From positions 70,928,001 through 70,992,000 of the forward strand of contig NC_043006.1 of NCBI RefSeq assembly GCF_006345805.1: a stretch of 64,000 nucleotides of DNA, given 5' to 3'. The translations under genes were made by a program, and so were the position numbers. This document shows positions 13,231 to 25,691 of this stretch, in pieces; the stretch's first letter is position 1, and the number at the start of each line of letters is the position of its first letter. The DNA comes from Octopus sinensis. Taxonomy: Eukaryota. The notes beneath the pieces are model-generated. The model did not search any database and was not told where the DNA came from. It saw nothing but the letters and a program-made list of their open reading frames with translations.

Positions 13231-14307
13231 CAATTCTGATCTTTGTAGGTTGTGGCTTGCTGTCAGTAAATAAATATTATAGGGCTCTGTGAATTGATTT
13301 TCAGGGGTGGGGGAGCTATAATGTTCCTAAGATGGTCCTGTGCATACACAGGTGATTAACCCCTGCAGCAAGACAATTTTTCCTGTCTTTCTATCTCTCA
13401 TCACTTGTTATAAAGCCACTTCTCTCAATTATAACTCTTTCTCCATCTCGTTTGAGGGGTTTTTGTCTTGCAAAAGTGGATGGCATTAGGAAAAGCATCC
13501 TGTCATACAAACCATGCCGAAGCAGACATTGGTCTTCTGATTTGCCAGCTCCTATTGAGCTGTCCAACCCATGCCAGCATGGACAACAGACATTAAAGGA
13601 TGAGGATAAACTACCACAAGATCTAGTCCTTGTGGTGTGGTGAATTGAGTGCTTCAATGACACAGAGAACTATGCCAGTGGAGTTAAAAACTCCTCATAC
13701 GGCCTTCCATGCTGGACAGGTCAAATGTCCGAGGCCAGATTAATATGGACCATCTCTTCCCACAAGCAAAAATGAGTTTGTGTAGAGTCAACATCTCTAT
13801 CTAGAAAAAAGCAAAGTTATAGAAGAATTGATGATAATTCAAAGCCAATAACAAGACCTGGGAGGAAGACTTCCCTTCAGGGAAACATGATGTGGGGCAA
13901 TAAAATCTGAAAAAACAAGGATCCAACTTGAGAAAAGCAGAAAGGACAGTCCAGAGTCTAAAACTGTGAAGAAAAGTTGTCAACAGTTTATGTGTCATAG
14001 TGTATAAAAGACACCAGCTGGTTACAATTAATGGAGAAGGTACTCAATACATGGAGTATAAAGCTGGAATAATTGTATAATTGCTAATTTTTTTACTCTT
14101 TTACTTATTTCAGTCATTTGACTGTGGCCATGCTCGAGCACTGCCTTTAGTTGAGCAAATTGACGCCAGGATTTATTCTTTGTAAGCCTAGTACTTATTC
14201 TATCAGTCTCTTTTGCCGAACCGCTAAGTTACGGAGACATAAACACACCAGTATCGGTTGTCAAGCAATGTTGGGGGGACAAACACAGACACAGACACAT
14301 ATACATG

Positions 14308-14371
<64 letters not shown>

Positions 14372-15431
14372 GAGAAAGAAGCAACAAGAATGGATTAGTT
14401 TTTAGTACAATTGTTTTATACAAAGACAGGCTTTATTAAAAGTTGCAAAAATTGCAGCAGATAAAAGTGTCCCGTACTCATCAGCTAAAATACATATGAG
14501 TTCTCCAAACATCTTAGTGGGTGAGGCTATACTCATGAAGTATTGGAGATAATTTCATTAAAAGCAGATTTAGGTTGTAAACAGATTTCCAAAGTTCTTT
14601 AATTGCTTTTATTGTATATATATATACATATATACGACGGGCTTCTTTCAGTTTCTGACTACCAAATCCACTCACAAGGCATTGGTCGATCCGAGGCTAT
14701 AGTAGAAGACACTTGCCCAAGGTGCCACGGAATGGGACTGAACCTGGAAGCATGTGGTTGGTAAGCAAGCTACTTACCACACAGCCACTCCTGTGCCTTT
14801 ATTTTCTTAACAGAATGTTAGGCCAGCATAACAAAGTGACAAGGCTCTCTTGTTTAAGATAGGTTTTGTGTTTGTGGTCAACTGGATTGATTGGTGTGTG
14901 TGTGTGTGTGTGTGTGGTGTGTGTAGATAAACTGGCAATTGTTTAGTAAGTGTACATGTCACTAGTATACAAATGTGTGTGCTTCATTACTACTTGTGTG
15001 CACATGGGTGCATGTATCCAACCCAGGAACTGTGAATGTAGAATCCCTGAACTGTTTTGCAAAATTTTCACTATTTTGGAGAAACCCTTCATTTAAAAAT
15101 TCCTATGTATGTCTGTTGTTACAAAATGAAGGGAAAAAAGGAGCAAGGAAAAATAACCGAGACCAGGTGAAACATATATTTATGTCTGTATATGATGTAG
15201 TGTTTATAAATTTAAATGAAACCTTATTTTGAAGCTGTTTTCTGTAGCTGCAGTGTAAGTTTTTTTGCATGTAAGGATATTATCAATATGTATCTTAGTC
15301 ATGTGTTTACAACTCCTTTAATCAGGTGGTTATCATTTAAAGGGCAGCAACTGAGGTCTTTGAAATTATACTTAGGTTTGTCATCATATTCATTAGGTTC
15401 GTTGAGCTTACTAACAATGTGCCCAGTGATA

Positions 15432-15470
15432 ATGGTGGTGGTGGTGGTGGCGGCGATGGCAGTGGCGGCG

Positions 15471-15510
<40 letters not shown>

Positions 15511-15545
15511 TGGCTGTGGTGGTGGCGTTGGTGGCGACGACTATG
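15432..15545. repeat. (GGT)n/(GGC)n trinucleotide repeat
   Basis: Read directly from the sequence. Confidence 0.95.
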
Positions 15546-16311
15546 GTGTTTCCCTTTATATTTAATCTGTAGGTGTTTCCAAGAAGGTAACTCTTGATTT
15601 CCCTCAGAAGAATTCACTCAGCACTTTGAATGGGAGATTACACAACAAGAAAAAAGTTGCATTGTAAGTACTCAGATTTGTCCTTTATTATTGGTACTCA
15701 TTTTCTATTGTATTTTAAGTACTCATACATTTTACTCAATAAGCACTCAGTTTTTAATTCCATTGTGAGTACTCAGACTTACTACTCTGTTGTAGGTACT
15801 CAACATTTTTTGCTATATTGTGACTCAAAGTACTTTCTATGTTTTTCTATGTTCTCAGTTTCCACCCTCATTCAATGTTAGATAGGGTAGATATAGAGTG
15901 AGGTATGCTTTCTACACAAATCTGTGTACATGCTACATAATAAATGATAAACTTAACCTATTTTATGTGACAGTCAAATCTTTCCTTGACAAATTTCTCA
16001 TTGTCTTTAAAACAGAGAGTATATGAACCACTGAAGGAGTTTCTGTATAGTTTTGACGATGACTGTACTATACTTGAATATAGTAACCAACCACTGCAGC
16101 TTTTAGTCTGCATATTTCTATCTCAGGGGATGGCTACCTAGGTTGAATGTGGACTACATTTTTTTAAACACAGCTCATTCTGTTCGTTGCAATTGTTGAT
16201 TATCTCCACCACTTGTATTCAATAGAGAAGCATGGTCATTTTTGTCAAGATTTCAATTTCAAGACAACCTGACCATAAGATAACATGACCAAGACTAGAC
16301 CATCAATATAT

Positions 16312-16353
16312 CAACGTTTCGGCTGATATACCCTCCAGCCTTCATCAGGTGTC
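16312..16353 (-). ncRNA. Minimal type I hammerhead ribozyme motif (core intact, 3' strand of stem I truncated)
   Basis: The - strand reads GACAC-CTGATGA-A-GGCTG-gagggtatat-CAGCC-GAAA-CGTT-G. The sister copy at 17408-17453 retains stem I (GACAC/GTGTT) but has GAAA changed to AAGA. Confidence 0.65.
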
Positions 16354-16399
16354 TTGGGGAAATTTCGAACCTCATTCTTAAGGCATTTTTTTATGTTGC

Positions 16400-16439
<40 letters not shown>

Positions 16440-16441
<2 letters not shown>

Positions 16442-16915
16442 GTGAGAGAGCAGTGCATGCCATCAAAGTGACACTGAGGTAAAATATATGAAACCCAGTA
16501 TACCTGTCATAACTACCCATCTGATAAGGGTACACTAGGCACATGCATCACAACCATATGTGCACGACATGGTGATCTCATATCAAGATAAACAGCACAT
16601 GACCTTGCAGGTGGGGCTCAGAATTTTCTTCAGGTTGAGTAACCCATGCTGCTCAATAGGGCCCTGAATAAGGTTTGTTTAAGGATGATGAACGAAACGC
16701 CCATGTTTCCAAGTGTGAATTATCCAAACCCCAAAGAATCTCTTTCAACACATGGCTATGATGCTCTCCCACTACTTCTGCTTGTGATCAGAGATGCACA
16801 TATTGTCAGCCACTAAGGGACATGCCCAACTGGTTAAGGTCAAGCAACTGACAAGCAAATCTGTGGTATTGGGCAGAATATTTGCTGTAGCCCGTCTTTT
16901 ATACCATACAAAACA
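16440..16915 (+). mobile_element. About 480-bp unclassified repeat inserted in (TAA)n tracts
   Basis: Homologous copies at 36398-36880 (+) and 25690-26297 (-); the 5' end of all three abuts an ATT/AAT-type microsatellite. Confidence 0.8.
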
Positions 16916-17105
<190 letters not shown>

Positions 17106-17204
17106 TCAGATTACTGCCTGGAATCAAACTCGGAATCTTGGGGTTAGTAGCCCATGCTCTTAACCATTATGCCATATGCCCGTGGGTAACCACTACACCA
17201 TATG

Positions 17205-17321
17205 CCCATGGGCATATGGCATAGTGGTTAAGAGCGCGGGCTACTAACCCCAAGATTCCGAGTTTGATTCCAGGCAGTGACCTGAATAATAAAAATAATA
17301 ATAATAATAATGATACTGATG

Positions 17322-17355
<34 letters not shown>

Positions 17356-17530
17356 CAACATCAAAAAATACCTTAAGAATGAGAAACCAGGTTCAAAATT
17401 TCCCCAAGACACCTGATGAAGGCTGGAGGGTATATCAGCCAAGACGTTGTGTTAACAACAAACAAGATGAGGACAAATATCCATCAAATGTAAATAATGT
17501 ACATAATTCCTCATCTCTCAAATATAGAAC
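17205..17530 (+). mobile_element. tRNA-headed SINE-like element with internal (AAT)n and a Penelope-type hammerhead tail
   Basis: A-box TGGCATAGTGG (17217), B-box-like GAGTTTGATTCC (17260), (AAT)n, then CTGATGA-A-GGCTG...CAGCC-(G)AAA-CGTT. Further copies at 16310-17180 (-), 31700-31975 (+) and 31592-31695 (-). Confidence 0.75.
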
Positions 17531-18020
17531 AGACATAATGTTAACATTTTGATACCTGGCATGAATCATCATGATACAGGTAACTCTTTTCCAATATTCA
17601 AATGGCTCCCAGTCCTTCATGTCAGCTAACTTTCTCTCAACTACAATTTCAGTCTCTATGCTCTCCCACGTGATTGACTGTTCATTGACATCAACCTGTT
17701 TCAGAAAATAGGAGACATAAACAATCGTCAAATTTAACCTGACACTTTGTATAGAGTAGATATATGTAGATACAATGTGTAGACATTGACTAGTAACCCC
17801 CTATGAAACTGCCATAATTTATATATAATGGATATATAATACAGAACACTTTGATTAATATACATACACACACACACAGACACACACACACACAAACACA
17901 TACATTATGTATGTATGTTTGTATGTATGTATGTATGTATGTATGTATGCACACACACATACTTATATACATACATACATATGTACATACATATACATGT
18001 TTATATTTTTATATCTTCAG

Positions 18021-18187
18021 TGATTCAAAGGGAAAACGTAAGCAGTTATGTCCCTTCCGTACAGTACTCTGCAATTACAACTATAAATACCGAACAATCA
18101 ATGGTGCATGCAACAACCGGAATAATCCACTACTTGGCAAGGCAGATACTCCTTTCATAAGATATATTCCCAATGCCTATAATGATC
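18021..18187 (+). CDS. Peroxidase exon (DSKGKRKQLCPF...YRTINGACNN...PNAYND)
   Basis: Acceptor cttcag|t; donor c|gtgagt; phase 2 to 1. Confidence 0.93.
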
Positions 18188-20607
18188 GTGAGTATTATTA
18201 TTTTTTTTTTACATTTGGGGTTCAAATACTGACAGGGACTGACTTTAATTTTCACTCTTCCTGGTTCTATAAAATACGTACCAGACATATACTGGGGTTC
18301 AAAAAATATCAACTTCCCTCCTCTTCTTATTCCCCATGAATTGTGACATGCCTTATTATGGCAGCATTGAAACACCTTGTGGTATTTAATTAGGTTCCTT
18401 TATGTGATAATTTCAAATCGTGCGAAGGTTAACTGCATTTAATCCTTTTAAGGCATTAAAAAAAAGTACCAGTCATGCACTGAGGCCAACTCAAACAACT
18501 AAAGTCCTACATTGAAACTTCTAGCCTTCCATATTTTTTAGCATACAAGTTAAATTTTTCAGACCAGAATTTACAACCAAAAATGGAAAGTTGGCTTATA
18601 CTCCAAGACAACTTTAGAGGAATGAAAATTCCATGTGGAATGAAGCAGGATTTGGAAAGATATTAGATCAGCTTGTATGCTTGAAAATGCAGTATGTTAG
18701 AAATTATCATCATCATCATCATTATTATTATTAACTCATTAAGTCCCAGAGTACTTAACCATTTTGTTACCATATTTATTTTGAGATGCTCTGTGTTTCT
18801 TTCAATTACTTTAAATATAACAAAGAATTTAGTTGAATAACTTAGTTATCATTCAGCTAGTGTTAGGAACATAAATTGTGACTAAGGTTTGGTGGAAGAT
18901 TTTAATTCAAAACTTATGGAAACAAAACATTCATATTCGGAGCCAGTTTCAGCCAGGTTGGTAACAAAAGGGTTAAATTTCTGAATATTACTTTAAAACT
19001 TTTACAGATGATTGAAAATAGGTTAAAATGAAAAAAATTATTTTTAAAACTCCTTTAGTTCAAGTAGAAATGGAGATACTCAGTGTCCTATAGAGTAGAC
19101 ATTATTGAGTGGTCAGTTGTAAGTGTAACAGTGTCCTGTTATAGAAATACTTCTACACTATATAAACTGTCACAGCCAGATAAACATGACAAAAACGAAA
19201 CTAAAACAGTAAAAACCCAAAATCACATGATCACATGACCGATCACACTATCAGATGTTGTTACACATCACTAATCACAATGCACTTTGTATTGTTTTAG
19301 CTTTTCAAATCATGCCCCCTCGCTGGCTAGGCAAACAGGCCAACATTCCACCTTGACTGGAATGGGGACTGGAACAATGTGAAATTAAGTGTTTTGCTCA
19401 AGGACACAACACGCTGATTGGTCTGGGAATCGAACCCATGATCTAGCCATCAAAAGGGCAACAACTTAACCATTAGGCCATGGACCCTCTCAAAAATCCA
19501 AAATACACAACAGAAACTGGCAATTTTCTTTAATCTTAAATTTTTATATTTTCCCTAGGTAAAGGGAGTCCTCGTAGCTACAGTGTAACTAGACGTCCTC
19601 TACCAAGTGCAAGAGCTATCAGTACTACTGTCTTTGACCCCAACAATGAGACTGTGCGGGAGACAGACATCAACCTATTTACAGTGTTTTTCGGACAGTT
19701 CATGTCCCATGATTTCACACAGTTTAAAATGGGCGAAGGAGATCTTGGTGAGTATAAAGTTTGCTTATAAAGAAAGCCACTTGTTTTTTAATATTTTTTT
19801 GCAATGCTGTTTCATGTTTCATCATGAAAGTCAACTGAGGACATAAAAAGTTTAACAGAATACCTCAACTATTACTTTTAAATATATATATGTATAATAT
19901 TAGGGAATAAATTATTATTCCAACCTTACAGGTAAAATTCAGTATAATAATATTAGACTGAATTTCGTAATATATGATATATAATACATGTGTATAACTA
20001 ATTTAGAGACGAACCACCATTCCACAACTCAGTCAATGGAGAACACGTCCAAACCCATGCTGTGAGGCATATACCGTACAAAATACTAATCTAAAAATTT
20101 AATAATATATAATATTGAACAGTAAGATTATTACAATCATATAATATATAAGAACAAATGCTTATAAAATCACAGCGAATACCATACAAAGAAACATTCA
20201 TCACAAAAATATTAATCTAAATCAAATAAAGTATAAAATGAACAATATATATGTGTGTGTGTGTGTGTGTGTAAAAGGAAAGCAGAAAATGGAGATACAA
20301 TTGATGAATAACAATTGATTTATATCAATTAGCATTTATTAATTAATTACAAATAGACAGAATCTCAACTTTCTGTTAGTGTGATTCCCAGGTTTAACCA
20401 CTGCAATAATAATAATAACTATAGTTATCACTGTAAGTAATTAATTATACCAATTTGAAACACGGAACTTCATCACAGCAGAAAAGTAAATAAAATAAAA
20501 GTAAAAAGAAAAAGAAAAAGGAGAAAGTGAGAACAGTGATACTCGACTCATGCTACATGCTGATGAAATAAAAAGTAAGAACACCTATGATAGTCGAGGG
20601 ATTACTG

Positions 20608-20651
<44 letters not shown>

Positions 20652-20961
20652 TAATAAAAATATGACAACAAAAGAATGAATGAGACCTCTATATTATGTA
20701 AAAACGTTTTTGTTTGTCTTAATAAATGATGAGATGCCAGAGCAGACTTCAGCCCCAACTAATTGTCACATATCATGTTTATATATATATATATATATAG
20801 GCATAGGAATGGCTGTGTGGTAAGTAGCTTGCTTATGAACTACATGGTTCCGGGTTCAGTCCCACTGCGTGGCATCTTGGGCAAGTGTCTTCTACTATAG
20901 CCTCGGGCCAACCAAAGCCTTGTGAGTGGATTTGGTAGACAAATACTGAAAGAAGCCTGTC

Positions 20962-20995
<34 letters not shown>

Positions 20996-23550
20996 ATGTA
21001 TGTATGTATGTGTATATGTTTGTGTCTGTGTTTGTCCTCCCAACATCGCTTGACAACCAATGCTTGTGTGTTTACATCCCCGTAGCTTAGTGGTTTGGCA
21101 AAAGAGACCGATAGAATAAGTACTAGGCTTACAAAGAATAAGTCTTGGGGTCGATTTGGTTGACTAAAGGTGGTGCTCCAGCATGGCCCCAGTCAAATGA
21201 CTGAAACAAGTAAAAGAGTAAAGAGTATATATACACATGTACATATATCAAGGGTCAATAAAATAAAAGCCCGTTGAGCACTGGGGTCAATGTAATCAAC
21301 TTAACCACTTCCCAAAATTGCTGGGCTTAGATTTAAAACAAATATATGACTAGAGTGTGATATCAAAGCTAAACATATTTAATTGATGTGGTCATATTTT
21401 CTCATGGTTCTAATCTATTGGCAGGAAGAAAACTCCAAAGATATAAAAAGTTGCTTACTTATTGAAGGGGTCTGGCTTTCATGGTGATTATTCTCTTCCT
21501 GTTAAACTTGCAGGAGGACATGGCTTTTGTCTTTCTCACATTAAGCTATAGATTGATTTATTGTTCATATGATTTCCTCTTGTAACATTAGTTTAATACA
21601 GGATGAAGCAGGTTCTGCAGCATCACCAGTGTATCTGAGTCCAATCTTGTAGTGGGAGAGGTTTCAATACCTGGATGTATTTGAACAGCATGTTGCAGTA
21701 CCCTGTCAGTGACATAGTTGATCAGGATGGGAAATAAGATACATCCATGATGCCTAATTCCGTGTACTTCAAATAAACCACTCTCCTTGTTGTAAGTGTT
21801 GACTAAAGCAAGTGCATTCATCACAAAACCTTTCCTTGGATAACATAACATCTGATTCAAGAATTTTCCAGTTCTATGGTATTGATCCATGGAATAGAAA
21901 GAAACAGCCATATCAAAGAAGACAATAACTGTAAACTATTGGTAGACATTTGCTCAAGGGAGTCAGGAGAGGAATTCATATCGCTTTGATCTAACATATT
22001 GATCTTTTACCATTTTGAAATTATTGAGAACATTCATATGAACTTAGGTGGACAGTGTCATTCAGACCAATACATCATTAGTTCCATATTTTCATTTACT
22101 CGTTTCAGTCATTTGATTGTGGCCATGCTGGAGCACTGCCTTTACTTGAACAAATCATCCCCAGGACTTATTCTGTGTAATCCTAGTACTTATTCTATTT
22201 GTCTCTTTTTGCCAAACTGCTAAGATACAGAGATGTAAACACACCAAAATCAGTTGTCAAGCGATGGTAGGGGGACAAACACAGACACACAAATACATAC
22301 TCACACATATATATATAAATATATCAAATATATATATATATATATATATAGTCACAATGAGGATATTTAAACCTCTTACAGGGTTATTCATCCAAGATAC
22401 ACTAGTTTAATATATTAAATATTGAGGAAATAATTCATCAATGAATATATTACATAGAATATCCCATTCACAAGGCTTTGGTTGTCCCAAGGCTATAGTA
22501 TAAGGCACTTGCCCAAGGTACCATGCAGTGTGACTGAACCCGGAACCATGTCGTTGGGAAATAAACTTCTTACCACACAGCCACTCCTGTGCCTATGATC
22601 ACCTTTTTTTTTTTTTGAAAGAAATATATACTATGACAACACTCTTCCACTTTTATGGACCTTTTTCAGTTTTTGACTTCCCAGATGATTTTGTATAACC
22701 AGCTTGTGAAAGGATTGGAGCAGTTTTTGAACAGTTTGGTCAGAAGACAGTCTTGAGTACCAGACTTAAGACATTTCAGTTTTCTGATCCTTATATTATT
22801 CTCTTTGAGTGTTAGGGTCATCATAGAGAGCATTGTAATTTGGATAATGTTCCAATAAATGCTAAGTGGATTTCTGTTGAGCAAACATTCAAAGTATTCT
22901 CTCCATTGAGGAATGTAACCTTTGAAACTAGTGATAAGATCACCAGCTGAGTTGTGAAGAATTTTTGACCAGATATCACCTACCCTTTGTAGAATGTAGA
23001 GTTTACAGCCAGCACCAATTCTACTGCTGTGTTCTCCATATTGGCTGCAATTTGGCTCCAATATTTAAGAAGTTCTGGTTGTTAATCACTGAGAATTATG
23101 GTGAAAAGTGTCATTTTACAGACACTTTGGTTTAAATCAATCAGCTTATTGGTTTGTCCAACCAGATATCAAGTCCTGTTGTTTTTGCATGCTGAAGCCA
23201 TGATGTTCTGTAGTTATTGTTGTTTGCACCCCAATATTGGATCCTTTCGTCAAGAAATGTTTGCTGTTATTTATCACTCCCCAACTCTCTCTCTCTCTCT
23301 CTCTCTCAAGTGCCATTCATGAAACTCCTGCCTCTTTCTACCCATGTATTGAGTTCTATTTATCCTGTTTGTTCTACTCACATTGTGTGCATGCAGGTGA
23401 AGCTAAGTAGCCTAGTGGTTAGAGTATTCAATTCACAATCATAATGTCATGGGTTCAATTCCTGGATCAGGTGGCACTTCATTTCACGTTGTTTCAGTCT
23501 ACTCAGGTGAAAAATGAGTACCAGCAGGTATGGCACACACTCTCTCTCTC

Positions 23551-23590
<40 letters not shown>

Positions 23591-23591
23591 G

Positions 23592-23626
<35 letters not shown>

Positions 23627-24289
23627 TCTTTTACCAGGAGCTAAAAAGATCAACTGCTGCCAATCTGAAAACAAAAATAGGTAAGTCAAGTTTACAACTT
23701 TCTTCCTTCAATTTAACAGAATTGTATCCAGTTTTACTCATGTTTACTTTATGCAACCTGTATTTTATACACCCTCTAAACTTTGTATTTATTATTTTAA
23801 TTTGTTTGTGAACCTGTTCTCATTTTAATATAACATAATAGCAATGTTTATCTATGCACTCAAGTCCTTGACAGAATATCAATCCAATTCCCCTTCCCAG
23901 AAATAAGATCCACATTTTCTACTATGTATTTATACCAAAGTCTTTTATTACAGAACAGACTGTTTACCAATCTCAGTGCCAACCAATGACAGTTTCTTCC
24001 TAAAAAAAAACATCACATGTCTCCATTTCCTCCGTTCTACACCCACCACCTCGTTATCTTGTAAATCAGGTAAGATGATATACTATAGCTAGGGGGAAAG
24101 GACTAGTCAATTACATGAACTCCAGTGCTCAACTGGTACCTATTTCATCAACCCCGAAAGGTCAGAAGGCAAAGTTGACCTTGGCAGAATTTGAACTCAT
24201 AACGTAAAAATGGATGAAATGTCATTAAGTAATTTTTCTGACATGCAAGTGATTCCACCACCACCACCACCACCACCACCACCACCACC

Positions 24290-24336
<47 letters not shown>

Positions 24337-25658
24337 TAGTTAACATCCGTTTTCAATGCTGGCATGAGTTGGATGGTTTGACAGGCACTGCCCAGGCTCC
24401 ATGTCTGTTTTGGCATGGTTTCTATGGCCAAATACCCTTCCTAATACCAACCATTTTGCAGAGTGTACTGGGTGCTTTTGTGCAACATCAGCATGGGTGT
24501 GTTTATGTGGCACTGGTATGGGTGCTTTTTATGTGACACCAGCACCCATAAAAGCCCATAAAAATTTAATCCATAAACATAAGTCCAACAAAATATGTTT
24601 TGTTTCACCTATGTCTCTTCAGGAATTCTTTCTCTCTCCTCCTCCCCAATCACTTCTCTCTGCACCTTCTGTGATACAGATATCACAATGCCGTTGTTCT
24701 ATGTCACACTTCTATTACAACAGAGTTGTCATACAGTTTTGTTCTGAGTTCAAATCCCACTAGGATCAACTTTACTTTCTGTCCATCCAGTTGAGTACTG
24801 GGGTTGACGGTATTAACTAACCCTCTTCTCCAAACTTCAGTCCTTTGTGCCAATACTGGTTTCAAATTTTTATACGAAACCAGCAAGTTCAAGAGAGAAG
24901 GGGTAAGTTGATTACATGAACCCTAATACTCAACTGGTACTTATTTTATCAACTCTGAAAAGATGAAAGACAAAGTTAACCTGGGCAGAATTTAAACTCA
25001 AAGCATAAAGACGGATGAAATATTGGAGTAGAGATTATTTGCCAACATAACATGGCAGTCCTAGTTTAGGATAAATGTTGCTGTAATTTAGCCCCAGGAG
25101 ACATCATCTCCCGCTGGCTATATGACACGATCTGTGTCCTCATATTTTCAAACAAGGGACTCTAACACCCCACCCAGCTCAAAACAATATCTGTGTATCG
25201 AAAATATAAGGACACAGATCATGTCATATAGCCAGCTGGAGACGATGTTCCCTGGGGCTAAATTACAGCAACATTCGTACTAAACCAGGACTGCCATGTT
25301 ATGTTGACAAATAATCTTTACTCCAAAGTACTGTTGCTCTTTGTGAGATTTACAAATAGTGATTTTCGTATGAAATATTGCTGAACATTTTGTCCAACAT
25401 GCTAACGACTCTGCCACCTCACTACCTTTGTTTATGCCAGGATTAGAAACAATTAAGGATAATGATTAGTAAAATCATTAGAGTGTCACAGAAAATGCTT
25501 TGCATTATTTGTTCCTTCTTTTCACATTTTGAGTTTGAATCCTGCTGTGGTTAGCTTTGTTTTTCATCCTTCCAAAGTACCCATCATGTAATGGATCTGA
25601 TGGTATTGGCTGATGCCCTCCCATCAGAACCTCTGGTCTTGTGGAATTTGAAAGAATT

Positions 25659-25691
<33 letters not shown>

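Noticed and set aside
15216-15617. Poly-Val/Ala and poly-His/Arg ORFs
   Set aside because: These come from a (GGT/GGC)n repeat; there is no splice or homology support.
17211-17282. Functional tRNA gene
   Set aside because: The A and B boxes are present, but the acceptor and anticodon stems are broken and the sequence runs into a repeat body. It is a SINE head.
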